A stretch of DNA of 64,000 bases, from NCBI GenBank assembly GCA_040386695.1, contig JAZKFB010000001.1, forward strand, positions 8,236 to 72,235, in the 5' to 3' direction. The notes under the pieces were generated by a model that worked only from the letters and a program-made list of their open reading frames with translations, was not told the DNA's origin and did not search any database. This document shows, piece by piece, positions 54,217 through 64,000 of this stretch (position 1 is its first letter; every line of letters starts with the position of its first letter). The DNA comes from Verrucomicrobiota bacterium (GTDB lineage: Bacteria; Verrucomicrobiota; Verrucomicrobiia; Verrucomicrobiales; V1-33). Made by a program: the position numbers and the translations under genes.

Positions 54217-55704
54217 GGGTGTGACCGGTTAGTGATGTGCTCTCAAAAAATCACGTGTCTGTGAAACCTCCGGTTGTACCGGCGCGATCAGGGGACGACA
54301 GGTGGCCATGCCTTCAAAGCCTTCCGCTCCTGCGCGCACCGTGACCCTTCCCGACGGTTCGCTGGGGATGCATTTCATCGTGAAGATTCCTCCGAAGGAA
54401 TCCATATCCAGCGCCCGGAATTTTGAGAAGGACGCCCAGGCCGCCGCCGCACAGGTGGGGCTGGCCCTCATGGAGTACGGACTGGCCGTCTTCGACACCG
54501 GCGGGGAGCCCGCGGAGCTCTGCGGCGCGGTCTTCAGCTCCAAAGGCCGGCAGCCCGAAGCCTATCAGACCAGTTTTGGGCCGATCACCCTTTCCCGCCA
54601 CGTTTATCAATCCTCCAAAGCCGGCAAAACCTTTGCGCCCTTCGAGGAGCGCGCCCGCATCATCGGATTGAGCATGCCGCTTTTCGCCGCCGCCGTGGGC
54701 GCCAAATACAGCGAGACCGGAGGGCGCGCCGTGCAATGTGATCCGGCCGAGCACCATGTGCGTCCTGTGTCCTTGGATTTCATTCAGAAACTGGCCGGGG
54801 AGGTGGCGTCCGTGGCTCTGCGCAGGGAGCCCTACTGGCGTTATGAGACTGTGACGCCCCCGGAGCAGGCCCCATCATCGCCCTGGGCTATGACGGCACC
54901 TGCGCGCAGACCTGCGACGAGGGCTGGAAACAGGTCATGGTGGGCACCATGACTCTTTATGACAGCGCGGGCGGCCCCCTCGAAACCCTTCACCTTGCCA
55001 ACGCCCCGGAGGATGGAAAAGCCACCTTTTTGTCCCGCATGGACCGGGAGGTGGCCACACTCAAAACCCGTTATCCCGAAGCCCTGTGGGTGGCCGTCAG
55101 CGGCGGAGCCTCCGACCTGCGCCCGGAGCTGGAAAAACACTGTGGGCGATTTCTGGCATGCCGCGGGATATGTCGCCGCCGCCGGTCCGGCCATGACGGC
55201 CGGCACCGGAGCGCATGGCGCAATCACCGCCCCGCAATGGATTGATCAGGCCCTGCACCGGCTCAAAACGGAGGAGGGCGGAGCCGCGAAACTCCTCGCG
55301 GGTATGGAGCGCCAGCTGGACAATGGTCCTGTCCTGACCGGTGCGGAGCGCACGGAGCTCAGCCGCGCCGCCGGATACATCGGCAATAACCTGGACCGTA
55401 TGGACTATGCCGCCGCCGTGCGCGAAAAGCTGCCCATCGGCAGCGGCATCACGGAGGCCGCCTGCAAAACCATCGTCAAGGCGCGGCTCTGCGGCGGGGA
55501 CATGCGCTGGCATTTGGAGAGCATGCAAAAAGTGCTCTGCCTGCGGGCATTGCGGCGCAGCTCCAACCGCTGGGACCAGTTCTGGCAGCGGCTTGACCGT
55601 CAGGGCTACTGAGGAATCCCCCATCCAGAATGACAGCAGACTGACATTCAATCACTTTGGAAAAAACAGCCCAGCTACATCACTAACCGGTCACACCCAG
55701 GCTT
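54217..55704. mobile_element. ISKra4-family-like IS inserted into the IS701 transposase gene
   Basis: Perfect 22-bp IRs GGGTGTGACCGGTTAGTGATGT lie at 54217-54238 and 55677-55698 (inverted). A 9-bp direct duplication, ATCCACGCC, is at 54208-54216 and 55705-55713. Confidence 0.75.
54302..55612 (+). pseudogene. ISKra4-like transposase with two frame changes
   Basis: The frame changes 2->1 near 54865 and 1->2 near 55148. The C-terminal PIGSGITEAACKTIVKARLCGGDMRWHLESMQKVLCLRALRRSSNRWDQFW is typical of the family. Confidence 0.7.
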
Positions 55705-56505
55705 ATCCACGCCCAGTCATAAAGGCGGGGCCCTTTTGACCCTGTGCCCGCGCTGATCCTCCGCCATGCGCCCGGGTTCAGGCCGCTGACCTTTATTTTT
55801 CCGTGATTGAGAGTCACATACTCATTGGAGGGAACGGCAAAAACATAAGCCTGACGCATCTCCTCCAGCCGCAACCGGAGCTTTCCGTCATGGCCGTAAG
55901 CCTCGTCCGCCGTGATCCAGTCCGGTTTGAACCCGGAGCGCAGGATTCGGTCGATCATTTTCCCGGCCATCTGTGGCTTTGTCAGAAAAACGGTCTCATC
56001 CGGGATGCCCGCCGCGCGGCGGCGCTCCCTGTCCTCCGCCCACGCCGCCGGGAGATAAAGCCCCCGGTCAATCAGAGTGTGCCCCTCGGGCGTGGCCCAT
56101 GCGGCGAAAACGCCAATCTGTGAGTTCTCAATCCGTCCCGCCGTACTGGCGCGCGACCCCTGCGGATTTGTCCCCCTTCTTCAGAAATCCGGTCTCATCG
56201 AGAATCAGTATCCCGCGCTCCCCCAGCGCCCTCCTCACACGCTGCTGATGCTCATCAAGGACCGCCTCCACGTTCCACAGCGCGCGTCCGAGCAGATGCT
56301 GAAAGGCATAGGGCGTCGCCCGGCCCTCGGCCTCCGACATCTGCCAGGAGGTTTTGCGCTCCACCCCGCTCAGAAGCGCCCGCAGGTAGTCCCCCGCCGC
56401 TCTGGCGGCCTCGGACCGTGAAAAGTGCCTGCCCAGCTCCGTTGAAAGCGTTTCAAAATCAAGGCTGAGGCGCCCGCTGCTGTTGTTGAATTCATCAATG
56501 GTCAT
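55705..56505 (-). pseudogene. IS701-family transposase, N-terminal part (frameshifted)
   Basis: Motifs include RKTSWQMSEAEGRATPYAFQHLL, ILILDETGFLKKGDKSAGVARQYGGT and WITADEAYGHDGKLR. The frame breaks between 55970 and 56128. Confidence 0.7.
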
Positions 56506-56569
56506 GGCTGTGATGTCTCCTGCCGCACAAGGAAATCACAACTTTTTACATCTGCAACTGTAGCAATAA

Positions 56570-56713
56570 ATGTCCTTCAGTCAATGCCCCAACCGGCGCA
56601 TCCCTGATATCGGCACCCTGCGCCGTGAGACCGAAGCATGGGAAGCGGAGCGCAATAACCGTGCCACCGCTGACGCCCGGATTAAACTGAAACCCCTGTA
56701 TCCGAAATTATAA
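56570..56713 (+). pseudogene. C-terminal stub of another IS630-type transposase
   Basis: The translation ..QCPNRRIPDIGTLRRETEAWEAERNNRATADARIKLKPLYPKL* resembles the conserved tail (…RRIPD…AW…RN…W.FT..DARIKLK.LYP). It has an internal gap and begins exactly at the IS701 end. Confidence 0.5.
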
Positions 56714-56803
56714 ATGTTATGAGATACCAGAGAGAAGCAAGAACCGTAAATCCGTTATATATCGGAATTTTTAGTGCCAAACTGCAACTTACCGTTTTCC
56801 CGC

Positions 56804-57469
56804 TCATCCTGGTTCTGTCCAGCCACGCTGGCGGGCGGAGGCGATAAGTTCAGCGATGTTGTGGGCATTGAGTTTGGTCATGAGGTTGCCGCGGTGAAAC
56901 TCCACCGTGCGGGTGCTCAGGCCCATAAGTTCCGCGATCTCGCGGTTGTTCCGCCGGGCCAGCACGAAAGCCATGACCTGCTGCTCACGCCGGGAAAGAA
57001 TCTTTCCCACTCCTTCGGAGTTCGCTCCATCCTGGTCCATGGTGGCGCGGAATTTTGGAGAATACCAATGGCCGCCGGCGGCGACTTTTCTCAGCGCGGT
57101 GGCCAGCAGTTCGGGGCTGGCCTCCTTTTCCAGGTAGCCTTCCGCGCCGGATTCGCGGATCCGGGTCAGAGTCAGGGCATCCATGAGCGAGGAGACCACC
57201 AGAGTGCGGAGCTGCGGCCACAGCTGCCGCGCGGCGCGCATGAATTCCAGGCCGTCCATTCCCGGCAGCTGAAAATCGACCAGCGCCACGTGCGGCCGGG
57301 CCTCCAGCACCCGCGCCATGGCCTCCTCGCCGGACTTTGCGGAGACTACGACGACAAATTCCGGCAGCCCGCCCAGCCAGTGCTCAAAAAAGGCTTTCAT
57401 CATTCCCTGGTCCTCAATGATGAGAGTCCGGAAAAGAGGAGGCTCCTGATTCTCATTGCCGGCGGTCAT
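56804..57469 (-). CDS. NarL/FixJ-type response regulator (REC plus LuxR HTH)
   Basis: The receiver domain carries LIIEDQ and VALVDFQLPGMDG. The C-terminal LSRREQQVMAFVLARRNNREIAELMGLSTRTVEFHRGNLMTKL is the LuxR-type HTH. Confidence 0.9.
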   Translation of the reverse strand: MTAGNENQEPPLFRTLIIEDQGMMKAFFEHWLGGLPEFVVVVSAKSGEEAMARVLEARPHVALVDFQLPGMDGLEFMRAARQLWPQLRTLVVSSLMDALTLTRIRESGAEGYLEKEASPELLATALRKVAAGGHWYSPKFRATMDQDGANSEGVGKILSRREQQVMAFVLARRNNREIAELMGLSTRTVEFHRGNLMTKLNAHNIAELIASARQRGWTEPG

Positions 57470-59435
57470 GTGTTATTTCGGTTCTGATATTGAAATGCCT
57501 TATCCCGGAAACGGCGGTCAATGTGAAGGCAAATTCCGTTTCCCCGCCGGTATCCGTTTCCGCTTCCAGCCGGATGCCCAGAGCCTGACAGATTTCCCGG
57601 CACAATCTCAACCCCATGCCGCCCGCGGCTGTCAACGGGCCATCCTTGCCGGCGGCCATCCTTGCGGCCACCTCCGCGGACAGGGCGGGCCCGTCGTTGC
57701 CCACCGCGAAGCGCACCCCGTGGGCCGTTTCCCGCGCGCGCAGCGTGACACGGCCGCAGGCGAATTTCAGAGCGTTGTCCAGAAGATTGCGGACCAGGGT
57801 CTGCACCAGCACCAGGTCGGTCATCACCTGAATTCCCTCAGGGGCATCCAGCAGAAGCTCCACGCCGCTGTTTTCCGCCTGCGCCTGATGCAGCGCCACG
57901 GCGGGGGCCATCAGCGAATGGGCGCTGCAGGTGACGGGAGCCGTCTTTCCGGCACTCAGCCGGGACCAGAGGACCAGGTCCTCTATCAGCAGCAGCAGCG
58001 CCCGGCTGGTGCGGGTGACCTCCCGGGAATAATGGCCCTCCGCCAGGTCCGAGGAGCGCATGAGTCCCGTGAGCGGGCCCCGCAGGTCGTGTCCGATCAC
58101 CGTCAGGATCCGGTCCTTGTCCGCATTGGCGGCCCGGAGTTCGCGGGTCCGTTCGCGGACCTCCTCCTCCAGCTCATCAGCATAGGTCTCCTCAATCATG
58201 CGGCGCTGTTCGGTTTCCTCGATCAGCTGTTTCTGGGCCCGGGCGAAACGTTCCGCGACCGCAAGGGAAAGCGTCAGCATTTCCAGGGCGGATCCGATCA
58301 TCAGTCCCCGCATGCCCAGATCGCGTAGCAGGGAGTTCCAGAACCACACGGTCACCATGGGCAGGGATCCCGCGAATAGACAGCCGAAGGAGATCAGGAA
58401 AAAACGCGCCTGCCACACGCCTGCCCGCCACGCCGCCAGCGACAGGGCCAGCAGACCCGCATGAGTCACGGCCACCGTCAGGGTTGTCAGCTTCAGCAGC
58501 GAAAGCCATGGCGCGGTGATCACCATCGCTACGGTCAGGACGAGCAGCGCCACGCTCCAGCGCTTCAGCCATTTGGCAGCATGTGGAAAACGGGATTCCA
58601 CCTCCAGAAAAACACGCGCGAACTGCATGAGGAAAACCCCATTCAGCGCCATGGCCAGGGTCAGCGTGGTTTCCAGCAGGGGCGATCCGATGGCGAATCC
58701 CATCGCCGGCAGATGCGCGCGGGCCAGGACCATGAATGCCGCCGCGCAGCCGAGATACAGCGTATAAAAGCCGAGGTCCGCCTGGCGCAGTCGCAGCCAC
58801 AGGAGGATATTGTAACCGAGGAGCGCCAGCAGGCAGCCCAGATAAATGCCCTCCGCCAGACTCGCGCGCAGCCTGGCCGCATGGAATGATTTCCCGTCCG
58901 GCCACCAGACAGGCCGGGCGAACGCGGACACATGGTCGTCGATGCGGAGAAAAATCTCCAGCCTGTCCCGGGCCGGAACCGTGAGGGACCACGCGACCTC
59001 GCGTCCCGAAAGCGCTTTCTCATCCGCCGGCACTTTCTCACCCGAGAGCGAATGACGGAGGCCTTTCCCGCTGGTCACCCATGCGTCCGCGCGGTCCGCA
59101 AAAAAATCATCATTCTCCAGCACCCCCTCCATCGGGGTGTCATCCGGATTATTCAGGATGATCCGCAGCCATAAAACCTCGCGGGAGCGGGATAAAAGAT
59201 ACCGCTCCCCGGACCACGGCCGCCATATTTCCGGAGGCAGCCTCCCGGCCTCCTCCACAGTGAAGTTTCTGTCCCTGTCGGTGAGATACGACACCGTGGA
59301 ACCGCGGGTTCCCGGCAGAAGAGCCATGCCTGTCCGGTCTCCCGCAAACACCAGCAGCAGCCAGCCGAGAATCCCCATCACCAGCATTGGCACCGCCAAC
59401 ATTGGCAGCCAGTGGAGCGGGCGCTGAAAACTCAT
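57453..59435 (-). CDS. Sensor histidine kinase with a 7TMR-DISM-like extracellular domain and a 7-TM region
   Basis: An N-terminal TM and a ~170-aa periplasmic domain are followed by about 7 hydrophobic helices. The H-box is VIGHDLRGPLTGL and the ATP-lid is GGMGLRLCREI. It overlaps the response-regulator gene by 17 nt. Confidence 0.85.
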   Translation of the reverse strand: MSFQRPLHWLPMLAVPMLVMGILGWLLLVFAGDRTGMALLPGTRGSTVSYLTDRDRNFTVEEAGRLPPEIWRPWSGERYLLSRSREVLWLRIILNNPDDTPMEGVLENDDFFADRADAWVTSGKGLRHSLSGEKVPADEKALSGREVAWSLTVPARDRLEIFLRIDDHVSAFARPVWWPDGKSFHAARLRASLAEGIYLGCLLALLGYNILLWLRLRQADLGFYTLYLGCAAAFMVLARAHLPAMGFAIGSPLLETTLTLAMALNGVFLMQFARVFLEVESRFPHAAKWLKRWSVALLVLTVAMVITAPWLSLLKLTTLTVAVTHAGLLALSLAAWRAGVWQARFFLISFGCLFAGSLPMVTVWFWNSLLRDLGMRGLMIGSALEMLTLSLAVAERFARAQKQLIEETEQRRMIEETYADELEEEVRERTRELRAANADKDRILTVIGHDLRGPLTGLMRSSDLAEGHYSREVTRTSRALLLLIEDLVLWSRLSAGKTAPVTCSAHSLMAPAVALHQAQAENSGVELLLDAPEGIQVMTDLVLVQTLVRNLLDNALKFACGRVTLRARETAHGVRFAVGNDGPALSAEVAARMAAGKDGPLTAAGGMGLRLCREICQALGIRLEAETDTGGETEFAFTLTAVSGIRHFNIRTEITHDRRQ

Positions 59436-59857
59436 GCTTCAGCCTTCCCGGTTTCATGATCAGCGCAAGCCTCACGTGTTCCTGAATTCCCCGCAAATAC
59501 TACTGGCCCGTGGTGATGGCATTCAGCGGCGGAAGCAATGAATGGTTTTTGCGGGATGAATATAATCTCATCGGGAAAGCTCAGCAACTCCGCCTGTCCG
59601 TGTTTTTCGGCATAAGTGCCTGACCCCGTAATGATTACGTGGTTTTAGGAATAAGGCAAACTTGCGCCTGAGTGTTTAATCTGAAAAATGGGCATCTTAA
59701 ATCATCGCTCCGTTTGCGGCTGCTTCAGTTAAAAAATTATTACCATAAGTTAATGACGGAGCATTGTTTGATTTTTAAATTTAACTTAAAGATTTATACA
59801 GTTTTGAAATTCGTGAATTCGGTGACGCATTTTTTGAATGATGTTAAAATTCTTCTG

Positions 59858-60682
59858 ATGGTTTCAATAATATTAATAACTATTATTGAATCACGGGCCT
59901 TTCCTCCCGCGCCTTACTACACTGTTTATGGCATGGTGCGGGATCAGACGGGACAGGTGCTGAGCGCGCAGGGCGTCGAGCTGCTGTTGCTGAAGGGCAC
60001 CACCGTCGTTTCCCGTTCGCCGGTGGGCAGTGTGGCGGGGCTGGACCAGAACTATCAGCTGAGCATGCGGCTGGACACCAACCGCAGCAACACCCAGTTT
60101 TACACGGAAAACGCGCTGGCGGCCGGCGGCATTTACAATCTGGCCGTGGAGATGAACGGTCAGCGCTTTTATCCCATTGAGGTGCAGGGCCCGGCGCTCA
60201 CCACGGGCAAGGGCGGCGAACGGGTGCGGCTGGATCTGAACCTCGGCGAGGACACGGATCACGATGGTCTGCCGGATGCCTGGGAGCAGTGGCAGCTGTA
60301 TCAGGCCGGGTATCTTCCCGGAAACAGCGGCTGGGACCTCCGCCTGCTTTCCCGGAACGGGGACTTTGACCATGACGGCGTGAGCGACTGGATGGAATAT
60401 GTGGCCGGGACTTTCGCCGGTGACGCCACCGAGCGCTTTGATCTCGCGATCAGGGAGAAAACCGCGGATTTTGTGCGGCTGGAGTTTTACGCCATCACCG
60501 GCAAAACCTACACCATCGAGCGCAGCACGGACCTGAAGACGTGGACACGCGCTGCCTTCAGCCTCAGCGCCACCGCCGCCAAATCCGAAACCTTGACGGC
60601 CCCCGCCGTCGCCACGCGGCCGGTCTTTGTGGCTCCGGCCAGTCCCGTCACTCCGGAATTTTACCGCCTTACCGTCCGATGA
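59858..60682 (+). CDS. Secreted hypothetical protein with a TSP3-like Asp motif and a C-terminal beta-sandwich-like tail
   Basis: The start MVSIILITII is preferred. Motifs include DTDHDGLPDAWEQW and DFDHDGVSDWMEY. The tail is KTYTIERSTDLKTW...PEFYRLTV. An AT-rich leader lies upstream. Confidence 0.5.
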   Translation: MVSIILITIIESRAFPPAPYYTVYGMVRDQTGQVLSAQGVELLLLKGTTVVSRSPVGSVAGLDQNYQLSMRLDTNRSNTQFYTENALAAGGIYNLAVEMNGQRFYPIEVQGPALTTGKGGERVRLDLNLGEDTDHDGLPDAWEQWQLYQAGYLPGNSGWDLRLLSRNGDFDHDGVSDWMEYVAGTFAGDATERFDLAIREKTADFVRLEFYAITGKTYTIERSTDLKTWTRAAFSLSATAAKSETLTAPAVATRPVFVAPASPVTPEFYRLTVR

Positions 60683-62667
60683 ACCCGCGCCTTCGTTTTT
60701 TCCGCCCGGCCCTGTGCCTGCTCCTGCTGCCGCCCGCCGCGGCGCATGCCCAGTGGCGGTCCGCCAGCTACACGCTCAAAAGTGGTTGGAACTCGCTTTA
60801 TCTGCCGGGCGACGCCAGCCATATCACCCTTGATGAGAAGTTTGAAAGCAATGAGGAGGTGCTTGAGGTCTGGCGCTGGAATCCCAACCCCACGCAGGTC
60901 CAGTTCACCACCTCGCCGCTGATCCCCAGCGCGGGCACACCGGAATGGAGCGTGTGGATCAAAGGCTTTCCCGCAGCCTCCACTCTTACCTCCATGACCG
61001 GCCCGGGGGCGTATCTGGTGAAATGCGGCGGCGAGGCGGATTCGGAGAGCACGGTGTCCCTGACCTTCCATCCGGTGCCGCCCTCCACTGTCTGGGTCCG
61101 CAACGGCGCGAATTTTCTTGGCTTTCCCGCCGCCGGTGATGCGGCCACCGCACCGCTGTTCCGTGATTATTTCGCGACCTTTCCGGCAGCCATTGCCCCC
61201 GGCAGCAAAATTTACAAATACGTTGGCGGTGACCTGAATCCCGCCAATCCGCTCCAGGTCTTCTCCACCGGCACCGAGCGCCTGGACCGTAATCAGGCCT
61301 ACTGGTTTGAATCCGAGGTGGTGGGGAATTTTTACGCGCCGCTGGAGATCTCGTCCTCCGTTCCCGGAGGCCTTGAATTCGGCCGTGACGTCTCCGCGGT
61401 CGTCGTGAGACTGCGCAACCGCACCAATGCCGTGGTCACAGTGACTCTTGCGCCCGTGGCCAGCGACCCGGTGCCGGCCGGCCAGACCGCCATCGCCGAC
61501 CCGGCGCCGCTCACTCTCCGGAAGCTGAATCCCGTGACGCTGGTGCAGGAGGAGACACCGGTGACGGCCTCATGGACGGAAACCATCGGCCCCCAGAGCA
61601 CCGTGGAGTTGAGCTTCGGGGTCAACCGCGCCGATCCCTCCATGACCGGAGCGGCTGTGGGCGCCTGGTTCGCCTCCCTTCTGAAAATCACGGACAGCGG
61701 CGGCATGACCGAGGCCTGGCTGCCGGCCAACGCCCTGAGATCCTCGCTCTCCGGACTGTGGCTTGGCGATATCGCCGTGACCAACGTCGGCAGCAGGGTG
61801 TCGAATCCCGCCCAGGCCCAAGCCACTGTCAGTGACGGCCAGGTCACCTATGTCAGCATCACCGGCACCGGGGGTTTCGGCTATACGGATCCCCCCGCGG
61901 TGACCATCGCGGCGCCCGCTGGAGATTCGGCGGCCACCGCCAAGGCCACCGCAGTTGTGTCCAACGGCTCCGTCGCCCGCATCAACGTCACCAATGGCGG
62001 CAGTGGTTACGCCGTCGCCTCGCCCAAAGTTGTCATCGCCCCGCCGCCTCCTTTGGCGGGCACGGCGGTGAAGGAGCCGTTCCCGCTGCGCGCCATCCTG
62101 CATGTGGCGGACAACGGCACCGTCAGCCTGCTTTCCCAGGTTTTCATGGGGCCGCTCGCGGCGGCGCCCAGCGCGGTCGGCCTCTGCACCCGGGAGGCTC
62201 TGCTGACGCAGGACTCCAAAGCCGGAGCCCGCCGCCTAGTGGCCGCCCATCTGCCGCTGGATCAGGTCATCACCGCCGGCAACGGCACGGTCAGCGTGCC
62301 GGGCGTTCTGATCAGAACGATCCAGACAGCCTACGACGACGCCACCAATCCGTTCGTGCACCAGTACCACCCGGATCATGACAACCTGAATGCCCGCTTT
62401 CAGCCCATCCCGCTGCCATCGGGCGCGACCGGCACCACCGCCAGGATCTCCGACGGGGTGGAGGCTCCGGCCATCACCCGCACCTGCACTTTCACTTTCA
62501 CATCCTCACCTCCCGCCAGCAGCAGCGCCCTCCCCAGCGCCTGGGGCAGCAGCGTCATTGGCGGGACCTACAGCGAGACTATCACCGGGGTGTATAAAAA
62601 CACAATTCAGGTGAACGGAACCTTCGAACTCCGCCGCGTCTCCGAAATCGGGGTCCTCATCCAGTAG
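60679..62667 (+). CDS. Secreted hypothetical protein (662 aa)
   Basis: ATGA overlap with the upstream stop. Signal peptide MNPRLRFFRPALCLLLLPPAAAHA. It contains an internal duplicated GG(F/S)GY...P.V.IA module. Confidence 0.5.
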   Translation: MNPRLRFFRPALCLLLLPPAAAHAQWRSASYTLKSGWNSLYLPGDASHITLDEKFESNEEVLEVWRWNPNPTQVQFTTSPLIPSAGTPEWSVWIKGFPAASTLTSMTGPGAYLVKCGGEADSESTVSLTFHPVPPSTVWVRNGANFLGFPAAGDAATAPLFRDYFATFPAAIAPGSKIYKYVGGDLNPANPLQVFSTGTERLDRNQAYWFESEVVGNFYAPLEISSSVPGGLEFGRDVSAVVVRLRNRTNAVVTVTLAPVASDPVPAGQTAIADPAPLTLRKLNPVTLVQEETPVTASWTETIGPQSTVELSFGVNRADPSMTGAAVGAWFASLLKITDSGGMTEAWLPANALRSSLSGLWLGDIAVTNVGSRVSNPAQAQATVSDGQVTYVSITGTGGFGYTDPPAVTIAAPAGDSAATAKATAVVSNGSVARINVTNGGSGYAVASPKVVIAPPPPLAGTAVKEPFPLRAILHVADNGTVSLLSQVFMGPLAAAPSAVGLCTREALLTQDSKAGARRLVAAHLPLDQVITAGNGTVSVPGVLIRTIQTAYDDATNPFVHQYHPDHDNLNARFQPIPLPSGATGTTARISDGVEAPAITRTCTFTFTSSPPASSSALPSAWGSSVIGGTYSETITGVYKNTIQVNGTFELRRVSEIGVLIQ

Positions 62668-62771
62668 TCCGCCGCCGCCCGTCCCCGCTTCCCCATTTTA
62701 GTCAATTCCTGAAACCGCACCTGGTTCATTCCCTCCTTCCCCAGCTTCAGCCGCACGCCCCGAAAAACTTC

Positions 62772-64000
62772 ATGAAACGCACCGCCCTTCTCCTTTTCCT
62801 CCTTCCCCTGACCCCGGCTCTCCTGCAGGCCCAGGTGTCTGTTCCCCTCATCATGAGTTATCAGGGCCGGGTCACGGACTCGGCGGGCGTGGGGCTGGGA
62901 ACAGGCACGCCGGTGAACCGCAAGATCATTTTCCGTCTTTACACCGCCTCCACGGGCACCTCGCCGATCTGGACCGAGGAACAGACAGTGACCATCGCCG
63001 ATGGCGAGTTCAGCGTGCTGCTCGGGCAGGGGATCCCGGCCAGCGGCACTGCGGCAAGTGATCCGCGTCCGGCGCTGGACACTGTTTTTGGAAAATTAGG
63101 TTCGGACCGCTATCTCGGCATCACGGTGGATGGCGGTGACGGTGTCATCAACGTCTCGGACACCGAGCTGACGCCCCGCCAGCGCCTGGCCACCACCGCC
63201 TACGCTCTGCGCGCGGCCACGGTCGACTCCATCGCCACCGGCACGGACCTGCAGCTCAATGGCGGTGCCAACTACGGCATGGGGTGGTACGGCGCCGGCC
63301 GCACCTTCAGTGGGGTCACGGTGGACGGCCCGGTGCTTTACGGCGCGGGGGGTGGTGCTCTGGGAGTGGTCAACGGCGCCGTGCAGACCTCCGTGCTGCG
63401 CTGGGACGCCAATGGCAAGGTCGGCATCGGCACCGGCGCGGCCAACCTCTCCACCCCGACCAGCACCAAACTTGTCCTCCAAGGGGATGAGACCGCCACC
63501 CCCGCGCAGCAGCTGAGCATCCGGGGGAACGCGGATCCCAACAAGCGCCTGAACATCGGTTATAACACCAACAACAACTTTGGATCCATCCAGTCCTGGA
63601 GTGCCGCCTCCACAGCCAGCTCTTTTCTGATCAATCCCTCGGGCGGCAATGTCGGTATCAATACCTCTAGTCCCGCCGCCCAGCTGGATGTGAATGGCAG
63701 CCTGAAAGCGGGCAGCTTTAACTCGACCGGTCTGCTCACGGCGGCCGGCGGCATCAGCACCACAGCATTGAGCAGCTCCACGGGACTGATCAGCGCCACG
63801 GGAAATTTCAACACCACGGGAAAGATCAGCACCGATAATGAACTCCAGGCGGTCAACTCGGTTCTGGCGGGCGGCGCGTCGGGTTTCCGCTTCACGAGCG
63901 GCGACAACGACGGTGGATTGTTCTCCCCTTCGGATGGCGTGGTGCTGATCAAAACGAATGCTGTCGAGCGGCTGAATCTTTCCACCGCCGGCGCCACGCT
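62772..64000 (+). CDS. Tail-fibre-like repeat protein, 3'-truncated by the window edge
   Basis: The frame is open from the ATG at 62772 to the window end. Signal peptide MKRTALLLFLLPLTPALLQAQ. The N-terminal module is MSYQGRVTD...FRLY...IWTEEQTVTIADGEFSVLLG. GNVGINTSSPAAQLDVNGS is typical of tail-fibre-like proteins. It is not in the ORF track because no stop codon is reached. Confidence 0.6.
   Translation, partial: MKRTALLLFLLPLTPALLQAQVSVPLIMSYQGRVTDSAGVGLGTGTPVNRKIIFRLYTASTGTSPIWTEEQTVTIADGEFSVLLGQGIPASGTAASDPRPALDTVFGKLGSDRYLGITVDGGDGVINVSDTELTPRQRLATTAYALRAATVDSIATGTDLQLNGGANYGMGWYGAGRTFSGVTVDGPVLYGAGGGALGVVNGAVQTSVLRWDANGKVGIGTGAANLSTPTSTKLVLQGDETATPAQQLSIRGNADPNKRLNIGYNTNNNFGSIQSWSAASTASSFLINPSGGNVGINTSSPAAQLDVNGSLKAGSFNSTGLLTAAGGISTTALSSSTGLISATGNFNTTGKISTDNELQAVNSVLAGGASGFRFTSGDNDGGLFSPSDGVVLIKTNAVERLNLSTAGAT

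Larger units (their letters stand above)
53701..56563. mobile_element. IS701-family element (decayed) carrying a nested IS
   Basis: The terminal IRs are CTACAGTTGGAGATAT (53701) and CTACAGTTGCAGATGT (reverse complement, ending at 56563). A fragmented IS701-type transposase lies on the minus strand. Confidence 0.7.

Noticed and set aside
54860-55150. The possibility that the frame changes in the ISKra4-like transposase are programmed frameshifts.
   Set aside because: There are two compensating shifts (2->1->2), neither at a slippery heptamer. The host IS701 and the Tn3 transposases nearby are also multiply broken, so general decay is the simpler explanation.

Overview
This is a high-GC window. 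It reads as the backbone plus cargo of a large conjugative, plasmid-like replicon. No integrase, tRNA, rRNA or CRISPR array was seen. The host is probably from the PVC/Verrucomicrobiota group; this is an inference from an ECF-sigma/Ser-Thr-kinase pair, an LTD-CotH protein, a BspA-type LRR protein and a sulfatase.

Layout:
- 0.1-8.3 kb: LRR surface protein, an HTH/PIN toxin-antitoxin pair, a small parA flanked by CAYACTTGCAYAC centromere-like repeats, an iteron origin and repA.
- 8.3-16.2 kb (minus strand): MobF TraI/TrwC-type relaxase, coupling protein, ParA-like ATPase and a LysR regulator.
- 16.4-27.6 kb (plus strand): a tightly packed P-type trb/virB operon. It encodes VirB2, B3, B4, a lipoprotein, TrbJ, a TrbK-like lipoprotein, TrbL, TrbF, TrbG, TrbI, another lipoprotein and a stand-alone Clp-D2-like AAA+ ATPase. 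No VirB11/TrbB or VirB1 homologue is present in the window.
- 28.3-29.2 kb: ArdC.
- 29.5-30.1 kb: a decay junction made of a uvrA C-terminal stub, an IS630 transposase 3' stub and a solo Tn3-family inverted repeat (IR).
- 30.1-43.4 kb: a cargo island. It carries an ECF sigma factor, a glycosyltransferase and a TPR Ser/Thr kinase, plus an uncharacterised envelope gene set. That set has two paralogous secreted CxxCH proteins, two paralogous lipoproteins, a metzincin-motif protein and a small membrane protein.
- 43.4-46.5 kb: a minimal Tn3-family element with a badly decayed tnpA.
- 46.6-53.7 kb: an LTD/CotH giant protein, an arylsulfatase and a DoxX fragment.
- 53.7-56.7 kb: nested IS elements (ISKra4-like inside IS701-like, next to an IS630-type stub).
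- 56.8-59.4 kb: a two-component system.
- 59.9-64.0 kb: three secreted proteins, including a tail-fibre-like protein that runs off the window.

The best candidate for something undescribed is the envelope gene set at 36.2-43.0 kb, together with its neighbouring ECF/kinase module. All family names come from motif recognition by eye; no database search was possible.
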